Assembly: GCA_003344405.1 (NCBI GenBank)
Contig: NOWV01000287.1
Span: 44,809 to 64,808, forward strand
DNA: 20,000 nt
Direction: 5' to 3'
Source of the DNA: Trichoplax sp. H2
Lineage: Eukaryota
Shown here: piece after piece, positions 1-11,200 of the stretch
Numbering within the stretch: the first letter of the stretch is position 1
Layout of the letters: every line of letters starts with the position of its first letter
Notes under the pieces: model-generated
Told to the model about the DNA's origin: nothing
What the model saw: the letters and a program-made list of their open reading frames with translations, nothing else
Databases searched by the model: none
Program-made: the position numbers and the translations under genes

Positions 1-2818
1 AATAGAAAAACACGTAGATGAGAATTTAATAGTATAGAAAGCTTCTTTTTAGGTCAAGGTGATAAAATGGTTGGAAATTATTTACAAGGATAGATGGTCT
101 AAAATCAAGACCATGAACATAGCTTCAAAAGCAACAGAACCATTTTATTCAAGTTTTTCTTATAAATATGTGTAAATGAAAGGGCAATATTAACAGTATT
201 AATATATTATATCTATCTTACACATATTCAATGAGCATTATCGTATGAAATAAAATTTCCTTTCTCTTACGACTATTGAGTTGTTAGTGCTGTAATAATG
301 TCTTCTAGCTACATGATAATGGTATATATTTATCTATACAGGATGTTATCAATAGTTGCTAGGATAAATGTTGTAGTAGTTGACATTTTTGAAGCTAGCA
401 TTTGATGCACAGGCAATCGGCAATGTCATTAATATAAAGCAAAATCTTACATAGAATCAATGAAATGTTACTCATTTGGATAGATACACTTGTATTATAT
501 TTACTATGAAGCATTTTGGTTGTTACAGGATAGCAATTTCTTCCCTTATACGAATACTCAATTTTGAATAAGATTCCTGATGTATTCTAGTTGCAAAATA
601 CTATTATGGCATCAATTATGCACGAGGTATAACTTCAATATCTGCTCAGATATGTAGTACTTTTCTCAATTTTTTAAAGTTAATTCTGCAAAATAAGCTA
701 CAGCAACAGCTAAACATGAGATATTAAAATTTTAAAAATCGTACAAATATCTTAAATTTACATTATAAGTACTTTATACCTTCAATATATTTTAAAGTAA
801 TCATGTCTGCTAGCATAGGTTGAACCTTTAGGTCCTATTTTTCGCATATTATTGAATATGGGTATTAGTTTATGTTGGACGCTCTACTTGGTATGTTGTC
901 AATTAGATATAGTCCATTCACTAGATTAAAACACTTAAACTTCCACTGCAGTCTTCAAGATTTTATGAAGGTTATGTCTAGAATCATAGATTATGCTGCG
1001 AAATGTTCTTAAATGATACGTTAGATTTTATAGATATATACAGTAGATATCGTAATGTAATTTTAATTCAGTAGCTATGAATTGCTGCACACCTTCTCTT
1101 GACCTTCACATTCTCCGTTATAGCATCCAAGTGCAAAAGAAGGCATTCATTTACATTACAATTAAATTAACCAGCGTACGCCCAGCTTGTAATATTACTG
1201 ATAGGTATAGACGAGAAAACGGTTTAATAAAAGTATACTTATTTCTATCTAAACCCCAGCGATTTTAATGCTGTCAATATTTTTACATCGCTAGGTAACC
1301 TCTCATTTACCTCACTTTCGCAATAGATTGACGCACGAGTATTCCTTATTAATCTTTAATAAAAGGTTGCATCTTTTTGATCGAATGATATTAATTAACA
1401 CCAACTTTATTAATCACAGTACCAACGATAATAATGAAATTCAAAAATTTATATGCTCAAATACGTATATATTTATCATTATTATTCATTATTACTTCAT
1501 CTAAAATTATATTACTGTGTTTTATTTTAAATTAATATAATTTATATGTCACAAGATTAAATTACCAACAAGAATTAAAAAGGATATTATTTTAAAATTA
1601 TGGATAAGGTATTTAAGGTTCTTTAACTATCTAGTGCAACGTTAAGTAATCTTAACAGTAGCAACGTTTTTAAAGAATTATACTACAGGCAAAAGAATAT
1701 TTAATATAAACGTATTTACCTTATGTATGTATATTGACTAAATGCCATGAATGTAATAGCATCTGAGAAAATTGTTAAGTGAGATCTTTAGGTATGCCAG
1801 CTGAAATGCTAACAAAATTTTATGCTTAATTTAAAATTAAATGATTATAAATAATAATTTAAAGATTATATTTCATTAATTATTTTAAGCTTAGGCTGTA
1901 ATTTAATATATTCGGTAGTTTCGCACCACTTAATATATTAAAAAATGACATTACTTGACCTGTATCACTCGGACTTGTTTCTAATTATATTATAGCAAAT
2001 TTATCTTCTGCATTAATAAGAAATTGCGTATATATTATGAAGCATGAAAATCTGAAGTCTTGCAATAACTAGTTTGATCTGATAAAAAAATTGAATAATG
2101 CGAGTATTTTAGCCATTGCATAGTAATTGATTTCAAAATTTGATAGAGTATAAGCTAATTTAAAAAAAAAATACGCTTATATAGCGTTATCGAGTAGCCG
2201 AATTGAATACAGTCAAAATTTTGTATGAGTTCTTTCTCATTCTGGTGACATTAACTCTTCCTATCGAATTAATCAATTATCTTCGTTCGTCCAAAAAAGT
2301 AACTTTTTCTCGCACTGAATTAATCATACCTGAAGATCATCACCAAAGAGGTTCTATATCCAGCTATCATGACTTAAGCAAATAACCTGAAGATACCTGG
2401 CACCTCTAGGACGTTTACGTATAATAGAGATGTAATGATCACTTGTAAATTTTCATACGTTTTGATGCATTTTCTAGGAGTATTTAATTTTAAGTTTGCG
2501 TAACTTAAGAAATTACAATTGAAATTGGGAGCGATATTGGTATGGGCTAATAAGATAGATATTTTACGCTTTAATTGATATACAATACTTGGCTTATTCA
2601 TGCGTGAACATATTACTATAACAAAATTAAATGCTAAAATGATATAATCACAATTTTACAGTGTTCACTGTATTTTATGCTTGATATCAATGCGTAACGT
2701 TATGCTTCAGGATCAATTAACTATCAGAACTATTTGACTAGTTAATAATAAGAAATTACTATTAGCTATTACTGAGGTAATCTTGCTATTTAGGTATGCA
2801 TGTATGATTTAAGTTGTG

Positions 2819-3367
2819 TGTGATATATACCAATCACGAAATTCCAAATTTTAGAAAAATAAGGGCTTTATTGAATCTTATACAAAGATTAACTACACAG
2901 CTCTACTCTAGCCGAATACTACTTCTAAAGACTTCTAGAACGAACTAACAGAATAATCTAAAGTTGCATGCTTTTATACTTTCCGTAGCATTCGCAGCTA
3001 CAATCCGCATGGCAACCTTTTACCTTATTTTACACATAGTTAATTATTCTTAGTAAGACTATTCTACTGCGGACCATCATTAATCCAATATGGATACGAC
3101 TACAGTACTTACGTAGATATTATTCACACCAGCCAAAGTACAATGAATTAACCATATCCTAATATATGATTTACAGTTCTATTTTTACCTATAGCCATAT
3201 TAGTAACTCAACAGCTTACTGTATATAGTCATCTGTACTCTAGCATAGCGTCTCTACCACTACAGTCTATAGTTACAGCTACCAAATATCTCTTAGGATA
3301 AATATCTACCGTACATTATACTACACATGGCTAACAGTCTACAATCACAATACTAAGTTACATGACA
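2819..3367 (-). mobile_element. Putative solo LTR of an LTR retrotransposon (549 bp)
   Basis: Begins TGTGATATA (2819) and ends TACATGACA (3367): TG...CA termini with a 7/9 imperfect inverted repeat. Flanked by TTGTG (2814-2818) and TTGCG (3368-3372), a 5-bp TSD with one transition. On the minus strand TATAAAAG (2978-2971) is followed about 100 nt later by AATAAA (2872-2867), the U3-R-U5 order. No internal coding sequence. Confidence 0.7.
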
Positions 3368-3505
3368 TTGCGATACTAACAATTTTAATGCAATGCAAAA
3401 TATATGCGTATATTATCAAATTACATGAAGTAAGGATAATTTATCGATCTTTAGTTAATAAATATTGCAAAACAACGTCGTTTTAGGTTTGAAATTCAGA
3501 ATCGA

Positions 3506-3511
3506 TTTATT
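3506..3511 (-). terminator. Candidate polyadenylation signal of the 4221-5078 gene
   Basis: First canonical AATAAA I found on the minus strand downstream of the stop codon (about 710 nt away), followed about 30 nt later by a GU-rich stretch (CGTTGTTTTGC, 3477-3467). Confidence 0.35.
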
Positions 3512-4220
3512 GTGTAACTTGATCTTAAATGCTCAAATGGAATGGGCATTGACAGTTGTTTGCATAGCAAAATCCTTTCTTATAAATACAGTTACGTTTA
3601 TATCTAAGCGCTAATTTAAAAACATAGCTATTTACCGAAAGGCAATTTTTTTTCCACCATTTTTGACATTAATAATCATTATAAAATAATCAGTTCTAGA
3701 TGTAATCGTAGCTCCTCAGTTGGATTTCTGTTTCTACGAAGCTGCTACTACGTATGACAGCTAAATAAAATTCCGAATAGTTGATCCGAACGTAGGATTA
3801 ATAGAGTTATAAATGAGTGTTTTTGAGAATACCAATCACAGGAATAACATGGTATAAGGCTTGGTGATTAAATAAGTAATATTTAAGATTAATATGAAAA
3901 TGGTGATATCGAAATGGAGTCAGTTATACGGATATTAAAATTGGAACTGATGATAAAGAAGGAAAATTAAGTAAACAATATATTATAATGACTTTAAGGA
4001 ATTTAATTTGACATTTTCATTCTACCATGTTCCGCTTTGAGTCATTATTCAATAATGTAGAAATATTACTGGTAGTATTACTGTACTGCGAACAATTTGA
4101 TATAGAGTAAGAGTAGATTGTGAGATGACGAAAGAGTTAGATTGCCATCCTTGCTATAGTAAACAATAGGGTTGGATCGAGGTAAGCATTATTTACTTTA
4201 GCTAGAATATATTTTAAATT

Positions 4221-5078
4221 TTAATAATCATCCTCGTCATCTTCCTCATTATCATCATTTTCGTTATCATTATCATTTTCATCATTATCATCTTCATCAT
4301 CTTCATCATCTTCATCATCTTCATCATTTTCATCGTCTTCATCATCTTCATCATCATAGTAATAATCATCTACATCATCGTCGTTGTCCTGATAGAAGAA
4401 CCGGTCTTGATGTTTAATGTGTTGATGTGGTTGATCTTGTTGCTGCTGTTGCTGCTGTACTGCAGTTTGGACACGATCTGTTGATTGATAACCACGAACT
4501 AAAGCTGCTGTTGCAGATGGTGGTTTATTCAGCAAATGATGCCTTTTTTTCCAACGATAAAGCCACATATTGGAAGCTTTAAAATCGGGTATACCCGTTT
4601 TATGTGCAATATATAATGCAATTTGTTGTAAGTCTTTATTCTTGACTCTTTGACCAGCAGATCGTTGCTGATAATAATAATTGAGCACACCTTCTTCAAT
4701 TTCTCGAGAGCGAACTTGTCTTGAAAATTCAACTTTTCGCCGTCGTTTTTGCAGATCACCACTCATTTTTTTCAATTTATCATAGGTGTAATTCCATTCA
4801 CGTACACGTTTACGATCGATGCCAAATTCTGTTGCAATTTTAGATACATTTTGCTGATTGGAATGGCGAAAAGCTTCCACTACATGGACTTTAAATTCGA
4901 TAGTATAGGAACTACGACGACGTTTGGTACAGCGATGGGCTGGATAATTGGATGTAGTTGCATTTGCTGATATTGCCGATGATGTCATCGTTGGTTGAGG
5001 TGGTGCTGATGATGGTAAGTAATTTGTAATATTGGGATCGTTATTATTAACAAATTGGTACATCATTAACATTTTCAT
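4221..5078 (-). CDS. pogo/Tigger/CENP-B-family DNA-binding protein: Brinker/psq-like HTH + CENP-B-type (Tc5) HTH, polyQ, acidic C-terminal tail, no DDE domain
   Basis: 285-aa ORF, by far the longest in the window. aa ~52-102 (KRRRSSYTIEFKVHVVEAF...NVSKIATEFGIDRKRVREW) match the pattern of the Brinker-DBD/CENP-B N-terminal HTH as in POGK-like proteins. aa ~124-183 (EIEEGVLNYYYQQRSAGQRV...DFKASNMWLYRWKKRHHL) carry the hallmark FKASxxWLxxF/WxxRH motif of HTH_Tnp_Tc5. The exact start Met is uncertain (MKMLMM). Confidence 0.9.
   Translation of the reverse strand: MKMLMMYQFVNNNDPNITNYLPSSAPPQPTMTSSAISANATTSNYPAHRCTKRRRSSYTIEFKVHVVEAFRHSNQQNVSKIATEFGIDRKRVREWNYTYDKLKKMSGDLQKRRRKVEFSRQVRSREIEEGVLNYYYQQRSAGQRVKNKDLQQIALYIAHKTGIPDFKASNMWLYRWKKRHHLLNKPPSATAALVRGYQSTDRVQTAVQQQQQQQDQPHQHIKHQDRFFYQDNDDDVDDYYYDDEDDEDDENDEDDEDDEDDEDDNDENDNDNENDDNEEDDEDDY
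4224..4388 (-). repeat. Low-complexity coding repeat (GAT/GAA/AAT codons) encoding the Asp/Glu/Asn tail
   Basis: On the + strand, four perfect TCATCTTCA units at 4288-4323 plus three further units (two variant) to 4350. The region encodes aa 231-285, almost entirely D/E/N/Y. Confidence 0.9.
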
Positions 5079-5137
5079 TTCAATATTATCAAATGTATGT
5101 ATGAATAGAAATAATGCCGCATAAATTGTTGGCAGGG

Positions 5138-5202
5138 TTTATAAGTACTTGACTCTTCTCTCGCACACTTTATACGTGTCTTTCTTTCTTTCTTTCTCTT
5201 TC
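5138..5202 (-). promoter_or_regulatory. Candidate core promoter of the 4221-5078 gene
   Basis: Minus-strand TATAAAG at 5174-5168 (about 90 nt upstream of the ATG) and a second TATAAA at 5143-5138, preceded by a purine tract ((CTTT)4CTCTTTC on +, 5180-5202). Confidence 0.4.
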
Positions 5203-8200
5203 ACTTTCCTACCTTGACGAGAGACGTTGTTAATGTGTCCCAATAGATTGCCTGCGGCTGATATTAATAAGGTTATAGTATCCAAGTGGGTGTAGATCTA
5301 ATGCTATGTGGTCAAGTTCATCCTCCGACAATGATAACAATATCAAGGGGAGGTTTATAAAAACAACAACTATCATCATCCCTCCAGACTCTTTATTCAT
5401 GTAACGAAGTCTTTTACCTATTCTAATTTGAATCTTGTCTGTAATAACAAGACAATACTTATCGTTAACAATCGACATCACCATCATTGATTTAATCATT
5501 CACATGTAGAAAATGGCCAAGTTAATTGAATTGGTAGGCATCATCCACCTTTAAATATAAATTTATAAGCGATATGATATTGTTCTACACAATATGAGTA
5601 CAATCAATGGATTTGAAAGTAGCCTTTATATTGAATACCAACCAGTAACAACAGACGATAAAATCAATCGTTAAATCAAAATAAAAGTTGAAATAAAAAA
5701 TAAAATAAAGAGATATCTTCAATTCCATCCATGATTAGGTACAACTTTAGTACCATCTAATTTTTGTCCACATAGCTAAAATAGGCGAATCATGACTATT
5801 CAGGTTATCTGCATAATTTGATGGTAATTGTGTTTGTTAACTAGCACTTATAAAATAAGACTATAAAACAGATTACATCGATGATGCTTAGCAGTGAAGA
5901 GGATACTGGAGCAAATAGATGTAGAGTATCACCAGTAATAAGTTTAGAATTATAAAAATTGTTTTTGCTTCTTCCACCAAAGATATTCGATAATTACTGT
6001 AGACCAAGCTATCTCATAAATGCCATATTAATTTAGCTAATCGGTTATCATAGACTAACATTTTCTTTTGTCTTTCTATCTGCCCCTTTTGTAAGGAAAG
6101 AATTATTATTGGCAATATTTTGCAACGCTTATTGGCCATTTCTACATACTTTACTTTTATTATTTTCTTCCATAACTATGGCCAGACAAATCAGTGATAT
6201 TCATCAAAATGTAAATCAAATATATTTCAATGAATCAACTATTTCCTGATTCACAGTTGTCAAGTGGTAAATCAATGGAATCACAAGTTGCACAACATAA
6301 GCAATAACAACAACTATTCAACATCTTTCCGATATACTATTAATCAATCATAGGCGTGCATAATTTGAATTTATACATTGAATTATATCATTATAGCTTG
6401 TATTTCATGCATAAACTAACAATGTTAAACGATGAAGGGAATTGTTTAAAAAAGTGACAGCTATAGACTCAATTTGTAGCCATCTCTTTGATGCTTCTAC
6501 TTGGTCGTTAAAGTGACCTTCATCATGGAGCTGTACCTTAATTGCAATCTAACATCAAAATGGCTAAAATTGCATAATTTATTGCATCTGTGGGAGTTGC
6601 GTGGGAGTCATTGAAATTCTTTTCCTTCGCCTAAAGGCCAAGAACTATGAACAAACGGTCTAGATAGGTAGTTAACTTGACAAATCGATATTATTCTGAC
6701 TGATTGCAGAAATCGAATCGATTTGAATAATATCGTATTATTCCCCTGCCATACAAATTGCAATCTATGCCTATTGAATTGGACTTTGCTTTCACATATG
6801 GTGCAAAAATTGTCTGATTCTTTTCACATCGATTGGAAAGCGACAACAAGTTATTTCGTGGGTGTTATGCTTTAATCTTAATCTGCCTTAAGGTAGATTT
6901 AAAATTGAAATTAACCTATTAATTGAAACCTCATTTATATACAGGGTAAATATGGAATAATACTGATAGCTTGATACCCTGATTGAATTTTATTTTTCTT
7001 CTTTCGTACTTTCATTTTTGTCTCTCTCCTCTGAAATCGCATTTTTCGCTGGAGAGAAATACGATCCTGACCATTTCATAACTTATCTATAAACGGAAAA
7101 TAATTTACGCTATACTTGATACAGTAAATTCCTTATTCAATTAATGATCTTCTCCCGTCTCCAAACTCCCCCCTTTCTCCCTAAAAAAATGTAAATATTT
7201 TACTTCCTAAAAGGATTAATCAATTAATCAAATAGTCAATAATGAGTAATTTTTGATGGTGAAGCTATCTTAGATTCGTATCTTACCTTAACGGCAGTAT
7301 CTCAGGTTGAAATTATTGCGTATTATAGTATTATAATCGACTTTTACCTATAACTAAATCTATGGTTAGGATACAAAAATTATAATTAAAATATCATTTT
7401 GTTAATTCAGATCAATATCGAAAAACGATATCCGCAAATTATTAATTATATAAAGAAAGAAGAGTTTATTACACACTCTAAAATGTTATATCCGCAAAGA
7501 AATCTCATTTCTACACTCTTAAACATTCTTTAAGCTCATATTTATTCTAAGGATAATACTGACAGCACTTTGAACACACTTGGGATTATAATATCCTTAG
7601 AAATTTCTTAAAACAGCATTGACGGTGTCAGGTACAGCATGTTGTTTCTACTATAAATTAAATGAGTAGGGAAGATTGGAAATAATAAGAGGAATGATGA
7701 CGAAAGATTTCAAATCCGGAGTTAAAACTACATTGTTAATACACGTATTATTTCAAGTGCTTTCTCTCCTTCTCTCAGGCAGCCACTTAAAATAAATTAC
7801 CATAAGTAAAATGATTTGTGTTTACATCAGCATATTATCTAGTTAATCTGCTTAGATAAGTTTTGTAATTTTGAAGGTAACAATTTTAAAATGTAGAAAT
7901 AATTTAACAGTAAGCTATAGTATTATGGCTAGCAATAACAATAAAATAATCAGACAACAAAGATAATAAGTAGTAATCAGGTAAAAAATTAAATCTCAGG
8001 TCTAAAGTTTGTCTTGCGATTAAAATATTATTATGATATAATCACCGATTTCAAAACAAAATTAATTTAACCATGAAAGAAACATCTGCAAGTGGTCATT
8101 GGTAACGATGCCTATGGCAATGCAGCAATTATTCAAGCTAGTAAGAGGAGAATTGAGTGTGATATTGACATTGCAATCATTGACGATGCTATTGATTATA

Positions 8201-11200
8201 AACAACGACCAGGAAATGAAATTAGATCGTAAAAAATATGAAATCAAATCCAAGAAGTTACCATTATCAGCTTTAGATAATATTCCTTATAAATTGCGCA
8301 ATAGTTTATATAATATGAGTAAGATTACATATCTCCTTCCTTATCCTCAGGTTAGACTACCAAAACGGAATTCATCGAAGGATAATGCTATTTACGCATG
8401 CATGATTTTACACGATTATTTATCTATCGAATTAGGACCACTGTTCTACTTTATTTTGAAATAAAGATATCCGTTTAGATTTTATTGGGTAGAAAGTGAA
8501 CAATTTTATTACAAGTTTATTATGTCATAGTTGGCGCAACTGTTTATTGCCAGTCAATGTTTTTGCCTACCATTCGAATTGAAAGATAATTCAATCATCT
8601 ATTCATTATCTATTGCTTTTCAGCTGGATTGATACTTTCACATTTACTGTCTCGATTTCTTATCGATCTATTTTCCTTTCATTCTATCTAAATCTAGATC
8701 TGATCAACCTAATTCAATCCTTCCATAAATTGCATTGTAGCAATTCACCAAAATCTAGATTTATTACAAGTGAGAAGTTATGTTGTCAAGAAAGTGATAA
8801 CAACTTGGATTGAAGCATATTATACTTCCTATTTCCCACAACCTTTCAGACCATTAATAGCATATTTACTGTTGCTAAGTTCTTAATTTTAATTTAAAAT
8901 TAGATTGAAATATACCAGTAACAAATATGATGTCAAAATTAATAATCATGCCATAAACTTACCCGTTTATAAATTGAGATCTAGCTAAGTAATGGCTTTT
9001 AATATCAATGGCTACAGGATCAATTTCAATATCCCTTTCTACGGTCTTCATTTTATTAACAATAACTTTCATGATTAGAATAAATTATCTATAAGCACTT
9101 GTCTTTATTTTTTATCGTTCAGATCTATATCACGCTTAACCTTTATTTCCTGTTATTCATACTATACTATTTCATTGAAGATAAGTGTAACCACAATTTA
9201 CAGTTCAGTCAAATAAATGTAGATATTTTAACTTTTTCCGATTTATTCTCTCTATATTATCGACTCCCAGAAGCCCAGCATTACTATTCTACATTGATGT
9301 TACTGTCTTAGTAAATTATTTCCTGTTATTGTATCTGGAAATTTGATGTTACTGTATGTTTTTTCGCTAATATTTTTATGCTAGGCTTTTAGGCATAATA
9401 TTGCACAGATTTAATTTTTTCTCTGTCTATGAACTCATACACATTAATAGACATTCTAACAGAAGTTCCGTGTATTGTCTGGTCGAATTCCTGCGTTTCA
9501 CATCATTTGGTTAATTAAGTTGCTAACTATCATTAATTGACAAATAGGAGCTAAAATCATGCTGCATGGTACTAGCAATACAATATGCTCCGATAGAAAG
9601 AATGCGCAACAGTGGCAGCTATCCTGCGAAATATAATCGATACGTTATGTCTAATGTTGCTATATAATACTATGTTGAACTTTCTGCTTAACTTGGTAAC
9701 CCGCTTCTTAGCTTCAAATATTGCATTAATAGCATTTACTTTAAATTTTATCTTAATCATAAGCTGCAATATTTTTGACGAATTTAAAATTTTCATGAAG
9801 GAAACAGAAGGATGATTCTAGACAGTAACATTTAATATACAAAGAATTAACTACCTATCATGATATGTCCTTTTATTGACGACAAGAAGAAATCTTCTTA
9901 AAAGAATGCCAAAATTTTAGACAATGATTTTATCACGGTCTGTAAAATTGCTGGCATGTTGAAATAAAAGATTTTGCAATACTTGATCAAATATATGAAT
10001 GAATTTATTAGGAAGAATCATGAAATAATATTCGTGCGGCCATTTAGCAGTTCTATAATATGTCTGCTGGTAGAAAAACCCAGCATATGCAATATTTAAT
10101 AATAAGCAATTTCATAACAAATTTTACTAAAATATTATTTCTTTTCCCACATTGAAAGAAGTGAACGTATCTAGAACAAAGCAGGTTTAATTTTTATGTA
10201 TTAAATAATCCAATTATTATAAGTGTTTCAAATAATCTATTAGGAAAGATGCCTGAAAATGGAAGGAAAATTTACATCTATTCAAATATTTAAAATGATT
10301 GCGATTTATAGTTATCAAATCTAAGTTCATCAAGTAAGTCTAATTTTAAAGATTTACAATTAACTTACGACCGAGATTTTGACATAGTAGGTAATCTGAT
10401 GTACCTATTATACTTTAATCAGTATCAGCTAGCAAATCTACCTTGTAGCCCACAATAAATTGGACGTACCTTTTAATACTAGTTCTAGTTTGATTTGCAG
10501 GTACAACTGTGCTTGTTATATCCTACGAGCCATATTCTGATCGATATCTATAATCTCGCGTTAGATGATTAGAGCTAAAAATACATTTATTGATTAAATT
10601 ACGATTTTTAATCCTATCGTAGATTTATGAATTAAATTCTAAGGGAATTGCTTTTACAAAGATAATTATCTTGTATCTTCTAGCAGAGTTAGCATTAAAC
10701 ATGATATCTACTTTCGGGAAAAATTTCTTTGCGTAGTGATTTGTTACTATGCTTGTTCTCTTTTTTCTTTTAAATCGAAGTTAAATGCAATATGGTAATC
10801 CTTCCTTCTCCCGAAAATGATAGTGCGCAGTACAATTAAGCAAATTGTAGAGAAAAAGATCGATTAGCATGATTAACTTTCTGTTAGAAGCCATTATTGT
10901 TGTTCTTTCAAGGATATCGCAACTATTCAATTGTAATTTCCTTCCAACTAGGACAGTAATAGCACGATCTTAATATAATAGCATTAACGTAGTGTAAGAT
11001 ATGATTTTACGAAATTCTACATAAAATGCGGATATCCAGCTATGGATGTTCACAGAAAATTTGATAATCGTACTTACGACTATAGTTGGCATTTATCCAT
11101 TGAATTGGAATAAAAAATGGCATTTTACCGCTATTAAGTGATTTCTATTATCTTTAGATTAAGAATCATTCCGGAAAAGCTGGGAAGGATGATAATACTT

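Noticed and set aside
451..586. Possible minus-strand exon (TAG acceptor, 45 open codons NTSGILFKIEYSYKGRNCYP..., GTAAG donor at 450-446)
   Set aside because: No recognisable protein similarity, no convincing neighbouring exons and a weak polypyrimidine tract. Such patterns arise by chance in AT-rich DNA.
1903..1941. AT-rich inverted repeat enclosing CGGTAGTTTCGCACC, resembling the hairpin at 15796-15809
   Set aside because: The match is short and gapped, the arms are low-complexity, and there is no further similarity to the LTR.
1077..2601. Short ORFs 1077-1268, 2203-2385 and 2374-2601
   Set aside because: 60-75 aa, no domains, composition reflecting AT-rich background.
4529..4970. ORFs 4529-4762 (-) and 4749-4970 (+)
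   Set aside because: Alternative-frame or antisense shadows of the real CDS 4221-5078.
5230..5499. 89-aa minus ORF upstream of the gene
   Set aside because: No recognisable domain and no evident splice link to the main ORF.
3500..6100. An intact pogo/Tigger DNA transposon around the gene
   Set aside because: Several TACAGT / ACTGTA motifs exist (e.g. ~3587, ~5996) but none extend into matching TIRs, and no DDE-coding sequence is visible.
9295..9831. 12-bp inverted repeat ATGTTACTGTCT/AGACAGTAACAT about 510 bp apart, plus a 13-bp direct repeat at 9295/9343 (possible MITE)
   Set aside because: No TSD, and matches of this length are expected by chance at this base composition.
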